DNA of 64,000 nucleotides. Origin: Naegleria gruberi. Its lineage: Eukaryota. Below are positions 43,342 through 52,685 of this stretch, piece after piece. Both the position numbers and the translations under genes were made by a program. Below the pieces are notes generated by a model. It saw only the letters and a program-made list of their open reading frames with translations. It ran no database searches and was not told where the DNA came from. Location of the stretch: assembly GCA_000004985.1 (NCBI GenBank), contig GG738868.1. One strand, written 5' to 3'. The first letter of the stretch is position 1. The number at the start of each line of letters is the position of its first letter.

Positions 43342-44358
43342 TTAGTTGTGCAACACTTGACCAAGAATTGAATGTCGTAGTAGTGCATATTGTAGAGGTA
43401 GTATTACCTGAGAATATGAATCCTCAGCAGAACCCAATTCAAAATAATTTACTCTGCATTGCAGTAAGGGAATACCTTTAGAATAAATTTCGTCATTAGG
43501 AGTCAATTCTCTCATCAATTCCTCAATCATTTCGGTACTCACTTGTCTTTTCAATTCCTTCTTTAATCCAATAATTAAAAAAGTAATGTTTTTCTTACTC
43601 AACCAATCCATAATTGAATTTTCATTTAATTTTGAAAGAAAAAATGGAAGATATTTCATTCGTAAACTTTCGAATGATTCTTTCGAGCTCAAATCGAAAC
43701 AATATACAATAACATTACTTGATGGTATTTGAGATGATATTATTCCTTGATAAATCCACTCTCCTGAACAATCCCACAATTGAATTGAAAATGTTTCATT
43801 TAAAGCTGAAAATCTTACAAATTCCACTTCTGAACTTATTGTTGGTTCTATTTTCGTTTTAAATTTAGAGTTTGGAATTATCAATCTATCAACAAAACAT
43901 GATTTTCCACATGATTTAGGTCCCATGATGAGGAATTTCAAAAGTTTCCCACTTTCGGTAGTGTATTTAATATTTCTATTGAGAAATGGAAGAAAGGTTG
44001 AGTGAAAATGAGTAAAATATTCACTTGGTGAATTTTTGGGAATTGGTTTAAACCAAATAAAAGATCCATATTCTGAACTATCCCTCTCTTTCCAATTTAA
44101 TCGAATCCAATAATTTCTAAAATTCCTGCTAACTTGTTTTAACTTTGTATATTCAATATTATCCAAATATGATAATATTAAACTGAGTAATTCATCAGGT
44201 AATTGTTTTTCTAATGTGGAAATGTTGTTGAAATTGTAAACTTTCCGTTTATCAATATCATTATCAACATTAGTTTCGTATTTTGCAAGAAATAAATTTT
44301 TCGGATAATGATCAATTATTTCTGATGGTGACGGAGCGAGTGTTAGTGATTGTCCCAT
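43342..44358 (-). CDS. F-box domain + Ras-like small GTPase domain protein
   Basis: The table start is TTG 44379; the first ATG is 44356-44358 (MGQSLTL..., Gly2). F-box: LPDELLSLILSYLDNIEYTKLKQVSRNFRNYW. GTPase motifs: LKFLIMGPKSCGKSCFVDRLI (P-loop), IQLWDCSGEW (DxxG), LIIGLKKEL. Confidence 0.6.
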   Translation of the reverse strand: MGQSLTLAPSPSEIIDHYPKNLFLAKYETNVDNDIDKRKVYNFNNISTLEKQLPDELLSLILSYLDNIEYTKLKQVSRNFRNYWIRLNWKERDSSEYGSFIWFKPIPKNSPSEYFTHFHSTFLPFLNRNIKYTTESGKLLKFLIMGPKSCGKSCFVDRLIIPNSKFKTKIEPTISSEVEFVRFSALNETFSIQLWDCSGEWIYQGIISSQIPSSNVIVYCFDLSSKESFESLRMKYLPFFLSKLNENSIMDWLSKKNITFLIIGLKKELKRQVSTEMIEELMRELTPNDEIYSKGIPLLQCRVNYFELGSAEDSYSQVILPLQYALLRHSILGQVLHN

Positions 44359-44547
44359 TTTTTTTTTAATAATTTTCAAGATGACGTGTTATTGATTGTA
44401 AAATAATTTTCAATAATTACAAAATTAATAAAATGATATTGGAAAAATCAAAGAATAATTAACAAGAGTCTGCATACCTTATTGAAAGAAGGAATTTAAT
44501 TTACTGAAAATAATGAACAAACTTGAAAACTTAGATTTCTCAGTTTT

Positions 44548-45174
44548 CTAATTGGTAGTGATTGTCCAAAAACCATTTTCATCCTGACCAACAGCAACAT
44601 CAACACTGTCTTTGTGAAATGTACTCAAATCAATACAGGATACAGTGTTTGGATGAGATCTGATAATACCACCAGCTTCAAAATGAGTTTGATTGACAGC
44701 CAAATAAATCTTTGGAGACATTTTGATTTCGACATTGTTTTCAGGACCAACATTGGGAAATAAAACAGCTGGAGTGCCACTAATCATCAAACCAAGACTT
44801 TGGAAGGATCCAGTATTGTTCTCAATGTGAACAGTTGCTCCTGGAACGGCTACTCCACTTGATTCTTTGAAAATTGGAGCATCAAGATTTCCAGCCATCA
44901 CAACAGACACCGATTGACCTTCAGAAACATCCTTTGAAGTTGCAGCTCGGACCACATTTCCTTGAGTTTTATGCGAAACAAAAGCTTTCAAATTCATTTC
45001 AAACACGACCGAGGCATGAGAAGAACTATCATTGAAAGTAATTACTTTCCAGGCCACTGGGAACAGATCATTATAAAGTATGTATGGTTTAGTTTCAGGT
45101 TGAGTGAAAATCATCAAAGTGAAAGGTTGTTTAGCTTCCTTGGCAGTAAAATTAAGAACTCTCCTAAAGACCAT
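44548..45174 (-). CDS. hypothetical protein
   Basis: ATG at 45172-45174. 208 aa, Gly/Val/Ser-rich and likely beta-rich. No family assigned. Confidence 0.4.
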   Translation of the reverse strand: MVFRRVLNFTAKEAKQPFTLMIFTQPETKPYILYNDLFPVAWKVITFNDSSSHASVVFEMNLKAFVSHKTQGNVVRAATSKDVSEGQSVSVVMAGNLDAPIFKESSGVAVPGATVHIENNTGSFQSLGLMISGTPAVLFPNVGPENNVEIKMSPKIYLAVNQTHFEAGGIIRSHPNTVSCIDLSTFHKDSVDVAVGQDENGFWTITTN

Positions 45175-45557
45175 CTTTGCTTTTTTTTGAGTTTGAACTA
45201 ATTTGGCCTTTAAATATCGACTATCACAAAGTCATCCAGAAAAGTCAGAGAAGAATTGCTGGCTTTTAAAAAATGTCAGTGAATGTATAATATTAAGGTG
45301 CTTTCAATGATTTTAACAAAAATGTTCAGATCCTATCACAGTCATTCACTCTTTGTAAAGAAATAGTTGTTGCCTTGACGACTTCAGTGAATGGACCAAA
45401 AACTCTTTGTAATTCTTCACTACTGCCTCTACTGTATTCACTGACTGCCTCAATGAGGAAAAGTTTGAGTGAATGGAAAATGAAATAATGTTGAATTGAC
45501 AGTCAACTATAACAATTCTGAAATTGAAAATCATATGGCTGCAAAATATTTAAAAAA

Positions 45558-46538
45558 ATGTTTCAACCACCAACTCTCGATGAATGCCAACAAGCTCTCG
45601 AATTTACTTCCCTCTCCGATCATGAAAAAACATGTAAATGTTATCAATCACAATATTTTGATCAATTGACAGAACAATTGTGGGGAAATTGGTTGAATCA
45701 ACACAAGGAAAGTGGGCAAACTTTTAGAAATTTCATGGATAAACATCAGGATGATGATTTATATTGTAAACAGGAGGAAAGACGAGTGGTTTATATTTAC
45801 CTGTTGGATAATGTATTGATGGATGGACAGGTTGACACAACAGCTCAGGAAATTCAATTCAAAGACAGAATTGGAAATCATCCATGTTTGAAAAAGGTGA
45901 TTGAGTTTCTGAGAGCTTTTTATTGGGGAGTTACTGTGAAAGCCATGCAACCATCCGAGAAGCAACTTTCTGATTATAGAAATCAATTCAAATTTACGAA
46001 TAGAATAACTTCGTTTGGGAAGAAACAGTTTCTAACAAGTGATATTATCAATTTTCTAAAACAAGTGAAACCTAAAGACTGTTATTGCATGTTGGCATTA
46101 ACAAGTTTTGATTTGTATCCAAAGGAAGATTGGAATTATGTCTTTGGAATTGCAAATATGACCCATCAAGTTGGAGTTATTTCTCATTCGAGATTTGATC
46201 CAAACTTTATGAACAAGTTTTATCCGATTCTTTCAGAAAAGGAGAAGGAAGAATTGATTTTGAAGAGAAGTTGCAAATTGGCTGCCCATGAGATTGGCCA
46301 TTTGTTCAAGTTCAAGCATTGCATTTATTATGATTGTCTAATGAATGGATACAATAGCTTAGAGGAGGTGGATGGGACTTTTATTGATATATGTCCGATA
46401 GAGATTAGAAAGTTGAAAGAGTCAATTGGATTTGATGAGCAGGAGAGATTTGGAAAGATGAGAGAATTTTTCAAAGGCAATGAGGAGTGTTTTGGGAAAG
46501 AATTGGAGTTTGTGGAAAAGATATTGAGTAAACCTTAA
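45558..46538 (+). CDS. archaemetzincin-like zinc metalloprotease
   Basis: ATG at 45558. AHEIGHLFKFKHCIYYDCLMNG fits the archaemetzincin signature HExxHxxGxxHCxxxxCxM. Confidence 0.75.
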   Translation: MFQPPTLDECQQALEFTSLSDHEKTCKCYQSQYFDQLTEQLWGNWLNQHKESGQTFRNFMDKHQDDDLYCKQEERRVVYIYLLDNVLMDGQVDTTAQEIQFKDRIGNHPCLKKVIEFLRAFYWGVTVKAMQPSEKQLSDYRNQFKFTNRITSFGKKQFLTSDIINFLKQVKPKDCYCMLALTSFDLYPKEDWNYVFGIANMTHQVGVISHSRFDPNFMNKFYPILSEKEKEELILKRSCKLAAHEIGHLFKFKHCIYYDCLMNGYNSLEEVDGTFIDICPIEIRKLKESIGFDEQERFGKMREFFKGNEECFGKELEFVEKILSKP

Positions 46539-46588
46539 TAACTGCTGTTATAGCTCAGGAATGTATTTTTAAGATATAAAGTGTGAAA

Positions 46589-46659
46589 TCAGGTGTGGTA
46601 TAGTGGTAGCATTCCAGACTGTCACTCTGGCGACCCGGGTTCAATTCCCGGCACTCGAG
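46589..46659 (+). tRNA. tRNA-Asp (anticodon GUC)
   Basis: TCAGGTGTGGTATAGTGGTAGCATTCCAGACTGTCACTCTGGCGACCCGGGTTCAATTCCCGGCACTCGAG. Anticodon stem CCAGA/TCTGG with loop CTGTCAC (GTC). T arm is CCGGG-TTCAATT-CCCGG. It is close to eukaryotic tRNA-Asp consensus (GTATAGTGGT D-arm). The acceptor stem has an A3-C70 mismatch. The overlapping table ORF 46593..46976 is spurious. Confidence 0.75.
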
Positions 46660-47830
46660 AAGTAATAGTTTTATATTTTAATCATTTCTCAATAATTTTT
46701 TGCACTTTCTTGTGGTATGGTTTTGTATCTTCATTTGATTTCATTTTTATTTTTCAAAAATATTTTGTAATTCCTTTTTTGGAAGCCTCAGAAGAACCAT
46801 CATTTTTTTCACATCCCCTGTACTTTAATTTTCCAAACATTCTCAACCCAAAATCAATTCATCTCTCCACAAACTATTCTCCACCTTCACTTTCACCGAA
46901 ATATCAATTCTACCATTCATCCTTTATCTCGCTCAATTTTAATACAACCAATCAAGCATACTTCAATATTTTGTAAAAATAGCAAAAAAACGCCATACGC
47001 TCGAGTTATTACTTGTTCTTTCCCGCCAAAATCTCAGTTAGTATTTGTGGTAAGTGAGAGGACAACTCATTCTTGGTTTTGGTGTCACTCATCTCTATGA
47101 GATCTTGCAAACTGGAATGCAATCACTCTGTAGATGCAACGATATCTACAGAAATTTTACATTTTCCTCAACAAAATCTTGATAAACTTAGAGATAAATC
47201 TTTAGCCTATACTTTAATGCACTTTCTTCAAGTGTTTATTACAGTTTGTTGTCATGTAACAATATTTGGAATAGAGCACGAATCTTGATTGAGTCACTAA
47301 GTTTTCCTTCTTTACAAAAACCAAGCATATCAAAAAATCCCTGCCTAAATTGTTCCTAATTTTTGCTCTTCAACATTTGATTGGATCTTCAAAAAGAGAC
47401 TGGACGAATTGAATAGAGACACACTCATTACCGACTTTTGATGCTATCAATACACTTGTCTCAAAACTATTTCACATCTTCTATATACTTCATACAAAAC
47501 TTATTCGAAACATATTGTTAAAACTAATCAACATTATCCTTCTCGTTGTATGGAATCTGATACTCCCAATTGATGAACCTGTATTGTCAATTGACTGCTC
47601 CACTACATCGAAATAGTAAAGAGTTATTCTTTCAACATCCAAAATGTCACCCAAACCGCTAATTCAAATGACTTTCTTCTTCGCATCAGTGATTCGACAT
47701 GCTCGTGTCACCAATCCCCCATCATTTCACAACTAGTAATGTGTTCTCTCTGCTGAGCAATATTTAAAATGTCACTCGAGCCAACTGCCAATCAAATCAT
47801 CCACATAAAAAAATTCACAATTTATAACAA

Positions 47831-49064
47831 GATGAATAAGACCCTCTTGTTCGCATTAGCCATGCTTTTCTGCATGGTTGCTTTCGTTTCTGCTGGTCCA
47901 TCTGCCAGTGCTGAAACTCTCGCTGCCACCACATTGTGCAACACTTTAGGAAATAAAACTAAAGGATGTGTCAAGTCATCTAGAAAACTCTTGAAAAGAG
48001 TTCCAAAGAATAAGAGAAGACAAGTTAAGAGATTGTTAAAGAAGGCCAGAAAGAATGCTCGTAAAGCAAAGAAACAACAAAGAAAGCTCAGAAAATTGAG
48101 AAGATGTGCCAAGAAGGCTAAATCTTTGAAGAAGAGAAGACAATGTAGAAGAGCATTGAAGAAGGTTGTTAAGAAGATCAAGAAGGCTAGACGTGCTGCT
48201 AGAAGAGCTGCCAAGAAGGCTGCTAAGAAGGCTAGAAAGGCCAGAAGATCTGCTAGACGTGCTGCTAGAAGAAAGGCCAGAAAAGCTTTGAAGAAGGCTA
48301 AGAAATCCTTGAAGAAGAGAAGAGCTTTGAAGAGAGCTGTCAGAAAGGGTAGAAAGTTCGGAAGAAAGGTCAGAAAGGTCAGAAAGTGTAAGAGATCTTC
48401 CTCAAGAAAGACCAGACGTGCTGCCAAGAGAAGAGTCAAGAAGGCAGTTAAGAAGGCTTTGAGAAAGTTGAAGAAACAATTGAAGAAGGCTAGAAAGGTT
48501 GCTAAGAAGGCTGCCAAGAAGGCTAGAAAGGCTAGAAGATTGAGAAGAAGACCAGCTAGAAAATGTAGACGTGTCTCAAAGAAGTCCATTAAGAGAGCTG
48601 TTAAGAGAGTTGTCAAGAGAGCTGTTAAGAAGGCTACTTTGAAGCTCAGAAAGCAATTGAAGAAGGCTAAGAAGCAAGTCAAGAAGGCTAGAAAGGTTGC
48701 CAAGAAGGCTGTTAAGAAGGCCAGAAAGGTTGTCAAGAAGGTCAAGAAGACTTGTAGAAGAAAGGTCAAGAAGGCTGCCAAGAAGATTGCTAAGAGAAGA
48801 TCTGCTGCCAAGAAGGTCGTCTTGAAGAAGGCTGCTGCTAAAAAGTTGAACAAGGTTGTTAACAAGTTGTTGAAATTGAAGAAGAAGCTCGGTAAGAGAT
48901 TCAACCCAAAGAAACACATCCCAAAGAAGGTTAGAAAGGTCTTGAGAAAATTGAGAATTTCTGCCAAGTGTGTCAAGAAGGTCAAGAAGGCTGCCAAGAA
49001 GGTTAAGGTCTCAAAGGCTTTGTTGAACAAGTTGAGAAAGGTTTCTTCCAAGTGTAGAAAGTAA
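47831..49064 (+). CDS. secreted hyper-basic Lys/Arg-rich protein with regularly spaced cysteines (about 410 aa, more than 55% K+R)
   Basis: The table ORF starts at ATG 47769. A second in-frame ATG at 47831 begins a canonical signal peptide MNKTLLFALAMLFCMVAFVSAGPSASA. The mature protein is nearly pure K/R/A/V/L (KKARKNARKAKKQQRKLRKLRRCAKKAKSLKKRRQCRRALKK...). About 10 Cys occur at semi-regular spacing, and dozens of dibasic sites are present. Codon use is strongly biased (aag/aga/gct/gtt/gtc/ttg). Confidence 0.65.
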
Positions 49065-49295
49065 ATCAATTTCATTTGAATTTGAATCATTAAATTATTA
49101 AATACATATTTGGAAATTCAATTATTAATTTACCCATAAATTTGTTATTGTATTGCGTTTTGAAAAAAGCATGTAGATCAACAAAACTGATATGTATTGT
49201 AATATTATTTTAAATTGATTGGAAAAATTGTAAACTTTCAAAAAACGAAAAATTTGGTAATTCAAGATTAATTTTTTTTGAATTTGATAAAAAAA

Positions 49296-50447
49296 ATGCT
49301 CAACAATACTTTGGATAATAATTTTTCAATTAATCAGAATTCTGGTGATAATAATGATGGAAAAAAGAGAAAATTACAAATTGCCTTTGATGATGAATTA
49401 ATTAATCAACACGTTTCGGAGCAGATGAGTAAGAAGAGAATTCAGAATGATGAATTTGATTCGGAATTAATTCCTTTTTATCTGCAAGATGTATTTCTGG
49501 AAAATGTATTCCCGTTCATGAATGGAAGAGATTTGAATCGGATTCGATTGGTATGCAATAGTTGGTTTAATTTTCAGAAGGGAGATTATTTTGTATCGAA
49601 TCATGTGGCTCGTTTGAAATTAGAACATGATGTATTGAATATTTCAAAGAAAAAGACTCAATTATCTATTGTGAGAATGCATTTGGGATACAAGCAAGGG
49701 AAAATGTTGATTATTCATATAGAAAAGAATGATTCTCTTTCAGAGGATTTAATTGATGAACATGTATTGGATCCTGCTTGTACCAAACAAATAGATGATA
49801 CAATCATTTCAAAATTTGATTTTACAAAAATTAAATCAATTGTTGGATGGAAGGATGGAAAGAAACATGGAGAAGTTATTGATTATTTCAAAACTGGAGA
49901 AATTATGCAAATTGGACATTTTGAGAATGGAAAAAAGCATGGAGATTTTATCAAGTATTTCAACTCTCCTCATGTTGTGGAGAGGACATGTTCCTATAAG
50001 AATGACAAGTTGTGTGGTAAATTGGACGAATACAAGATAGTTCGCGATTTACAAAATCAAAAATTAGTGTTGAAAGATGTAGAATGTTCGTACGAGAATG
50101 GAAAGTATCATGGCGAGAAGATTGTCTATGATAAAGATGGAAAGATTACAGAAATTACCAATCACAAGAATGGAAAATTACATGGTGTTTCCAAATATTT
50201 CGAGGTTGGAAGAGGTTATTTGAAATTGGAAGTAAATTATCAAGATGGAAAATTACATGGCACCCACAAATCATTCTTTGCTAATGGAACACCATTTGAA
50301 ACCAAAGAATATGAAAATGGAAAGTTAATTTCTCAAACAATTGGCTCAACAGGGCGAAGAACTAGTCAAGGATTAGAATCTTCTGATGAAGATCAGGATG
50401 AGGAAATCATCAATTCAGACAATGACAACGAAGAAGATATTGAATAA
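49296..50447 (+). CDS. F-box-like + MORN-repeat protein
   Basis: The table start is TTG 49278; the ATG is at 49296. F-box-like: IPFYLQDVFLENVFPFMNGRDLNRIRLVCNSWFN. At least 6 MORN repeats (GKKHGEVIDYFKTGEIMQIGHFENGKKHGDFIKYF; YENGKYHGEKIVYDKDGKITEITNHKNGKLHGVSKYF; YQDGKLHGTHKSFFANG). The C-terminus is acidic. Confidence 0.65.
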   Translation: MLNNTLDNNFSINQNSGDNNDGKKRKLQIAFDDELINQHVSEQMSKKRIQNDEFDSELIPFYLQDVFLENVFPFMNGRDLNRIRLVCNSWFNFQKGDYFVSNHVARLKLEHDVLNISKKKTQLSIVRMHLGYKQGKMLIIHIEKNDSLSEDLIDEHVLDPACTKQIDDTIISKFDFTKIKSIVGWKDGKKHGEVIDYFKTGEIMQIGHFENGKKHGDFIKYFNSPHVVERTCSYKNDKLCGKLDEYKIVRDLQNQKLVLKDVECSYENGKYHGEKIVYDKDGKITEITNHKNGKLHGVSKYFEVGRGYLKLEVNYQDGKLHGTHKSFFANGTPFETKEYENGKLISQTIGSTGRRTSQGLESSDEDQDEEIINSDNDNEEDIE

Positions 50448-50536
50448 TTGGATTTCTAGATTTGTTTGTTTCAAATTGTGAAATCATCACTTGTTGAAAA
50501 GGAACTTGTTATTTATAGAACTTTCATCATAAAAAA

Positions 50537-51208
50537 ATGGAACCACATCACACCAACATCCATGAATATGAAGAACCGATAGGCGAGTCCACTATTGTAA
50601 CACTTGATCACTATATCGGATCACGTATATTAACCAATTTTTATAGAACATCAGCTAGATTTAATAGTACACTGATCAATTTTGCACAATATCTTCAATT
50701 ATTCAGAGGAGAGTTAAGGACTCAACAATCTCCAAAATTAATATTTAGAGCGAGTAGGGATGGATTTTCAGATGTGACTTTTCATAAACAATGTGATGAT
50801 CAAGGAAAGATTGTAATTATTGTAAAATCAAAGGCAGGAGATTTATTTGGAGGGTACACAACCCAAACCTTGAAATTGGAAGATGATGCAGGAAGTAATG
50901 TAAAGGATGAACATGCATTTACATTTAGATTTGAATCTGATCGATTGCATATTTTCAGATTAAACCCACTTTATTCTGCACATGCATTGTATAGATATTC
51001 CTCCACTTATTTATTTGCATTTGGTTATTGCTTTTGGTTGTGTAACAATGCTGACAAACAAAACCTCTCTAGTTCACACGCTTCTACTGACAATTGCATA
51101 TTACCAGAATGTCAATTGCCTGGTAATTCATCATCGGAAAAGAGATACTATGCAGGATATGATTTTCTAGTTGAAGAGTTTGAAGTTTATAAAATTATGG
51201 ACTACTAA
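50537..51208 (+). CDS. TLDc-domain protein (Oxr1/NCOA7-like fold)
   Basis: ATG at 50537. LIFRASRDGFSDVTFHKQCDDQGKIVIIVKSKAGDLFGGYTTQTL matches the TLDc core (LLYRASRDGFS...FH.KCD.KG.T...IK...G.IFGGYT). Confidence 0.65.
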   Translation: MEPHHTNIHEYEEPIGESTIVTLDHYIGSRILTNFYRTSARFNSTLINFAQYLQLFRGELRTQQSPKLIFRASRDGFSDVTFHKQCDDQGKIVIIVKSKAGDLFGGYTTQTLKLEDDAGSNVKDEHAFTFRFESDRLHIFRLNPLYSAHALYRYSSTYLFAFGYCFWLCNNADKQNLSSSHASTDNCILPECQLPGNSSSEKRYYAGYDFLVEEFEVYKIMDY

Positions 51209-51448
51209 TTTATGTTATTGCTCACCTTTAATGATTGGGATAATGAAAATGTTTGGCTAACGAAAAGAATCACTATTGGTATTATTTGCTGGATAAGTTT
51301 ACAATAACATTTTTAAATAGGTCCATATTTGGAGAGTGTAATTTCAAAACTACCTCCGGGCCAAAATTGGAGAAAAAACCAACACACAAAAAACAACTAG
51401 AATTGCATGCGAAAATTGTGTTTATAATATTTATATTGCAAAAACAAT

Positions 51449-52663
51449 ATGTATACAACAATACTATCATCAAACTCTTCCCTCGGAAATCAATCATCAT
51501 TATATATCGGAAACTGTTTACTGGTTGACCCAGATGGTTATCCCTATATTGAATGGATGTATAGCATAATGGGAGAGTGTGTTCATTCACCATTGGAACA
51601 GAGTTCATTCTACGTTGGATTGGGAAGTATAGTCCTCTATTTATTTGGAGGTATTCCACAGATTGTTCAGAATTTTATAAAGCATCATGCTGATGGATTG
51701 TCGCCTTGGACATTGGCTCAGTGGATGGTAGGGGATGGCAGTAATTTGTTGGGTGCAGTTCTGACAGGACAATTATTCACACAGATATTGTTGGCTGTTT
51801 ACTTTGTTTTGGTGGATATCATTCTTATTGGACAATATGTTGGATATAAATTGAGGGATTGGTACAGAGGAAGGAAAGATAAGAAGAAACAAGTGGAAAT
51901 GAAAGATTTTGAAGAGGATCACCATCATAAAATGGTTTTGGATAAAATAGAGCAAACCAGTAATAATGAATCAACAATGAAGAGAATTACCTCAAAGGTA
52001 ATATCTGTTTTTGGAGAGAATAAGGAGGATGTTCATGATATGCATGTTGAAATGGTACATTCAGATCATTCAGATGATGAGCACCATCATGAAGAAACAA
52101 TTCATGAAGATACTAATGCTGCAAAACTCAATTCTCCTCTCAATATTTCAATTCTATTGGTTTTGATTGCATTTTTCTGTATTTTTCAAATTATCAACAC
52201 AGCTCAATTGAATCCAAATCTAATTGGTGCCGAGTTCACAAATCAAAGAGTTGGCAGGAAATTGCTTACCATTCAAGAAGAGAAGGATCACAATAGTGTT
52301 GAATTTCCTCCAACTTCTGCCAAATCAATCATTGGATATGTTATTGGATGTATTGCAACTGTTTCCTACCTTGGTTCGAGGATTGCACAAACATTCAAAA
52401 ATTTTAAAAGAGGGAGTACCGAAGGAATGAATCCAATTTTATTCCTTTGTTCTGTATCAGGAAATATACTCTATTCGCTCTCGATATTCTTGTTTTCAGT
52501 GGATAGCTCATTCTTAATGTACAAAATTCCGTGGTTATGTAGCAGTTTGGGTAATATTACTCTTGATACAGTCATATTATCTCAATACACTTTCTATACA
52601 TTTATCAAAAAACATATCAAAGCAGGAAAATCCTCTAAGGGAAATCAATCAAATAAGGTTTAA
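51449..52663 (+). CDS. PQ-loop repeat membrane transporter (PQLC2/Ypq/LAAT-like)
   Basis: ATG at 51449. PQ-loop 1: GGIPQIVQNFIKHHADGLSPWTLAQWMVGDGSNLLGAVL. PQ-loop 2: SRIAQTFKNFKRGSTEGMNPILFLCSVSGNILYSLSIF (the KRGSTEG motif is typical of PQLC2/Ypq). There are 7 predicted TM helices. A central acidic His-rich loop (HSDHSDDEHHHEE) is present. Confidence 0.7.
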   Translation: MYTTILSSNSSLGNQSSLYIGNCLLVDPDGYPYIEWMYSIMGECVHSPLEQSSFYVGLGSIVLYLFGGIPQIVQNFIKHHADGLSPWTLAQWMVGDGSNLLGAVLTGQLFTQILLAVYFVLVDIILIGQYVGYKLRDWYRGRKDKKKQVEMKDFEEDHHHKMVLDKIEQTSNNESTMKRITSKVISVFGENKEDVHDMHVEMVHSDHSDDEHHHEETIHEDTNAAKLNSPLNISILLVLIAFFCIFQIINTAQLNPNLIGAEFTNQRVGRKLLTIQEEKDHNSVEFPPTSAKSIIGYVIGCIATVSYLGSRIAQTFKNFKRGSTEGMNPILFLCSVSGNILYSLSIFLFSVDSSFLMYKIPWLCSSLGNITLDTVILSQYTFYTFIKKHIKAGKSSKGNQSNKV

Positions 52664-52685
52664 CATGGTAATTCAACATGGATGG

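Noticed and set aside
46593-46976. 127-aa ORF 'MWYSGSIPDCHSGDPGSIPGTREV...' starting inside the tRNA-Asp gene
   Set aside because: Its N-terminus is just the translation of the tRNA sequence (GSIPG from GGTTCAATTCCCGG). The rest is AT-rich spacer, and there is no support for a coding gene.
47636-47800. Apparent duplicated leader 'aaaatgtcac...caaatca' at 47641 and 47765 upstream of the second polybasic gene, suggesting a duplicated first exon or uORF
   Set aside because: There is only about 70% identity over about 35 nt, with no extended similarity. This is within what is expected by chance in AT-rich 5' regions. The upstream ATG at 47769 may simply be a uORF or alternative start.
47822-49090. 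422-aa antisense ORF covering the whole second polybasic gene
   Set aside because: Same mirror artefact. Its composition (L/F/A/T) is the complement of K/R/A codons, and the sense strand carries the signal peptide and biased codons.
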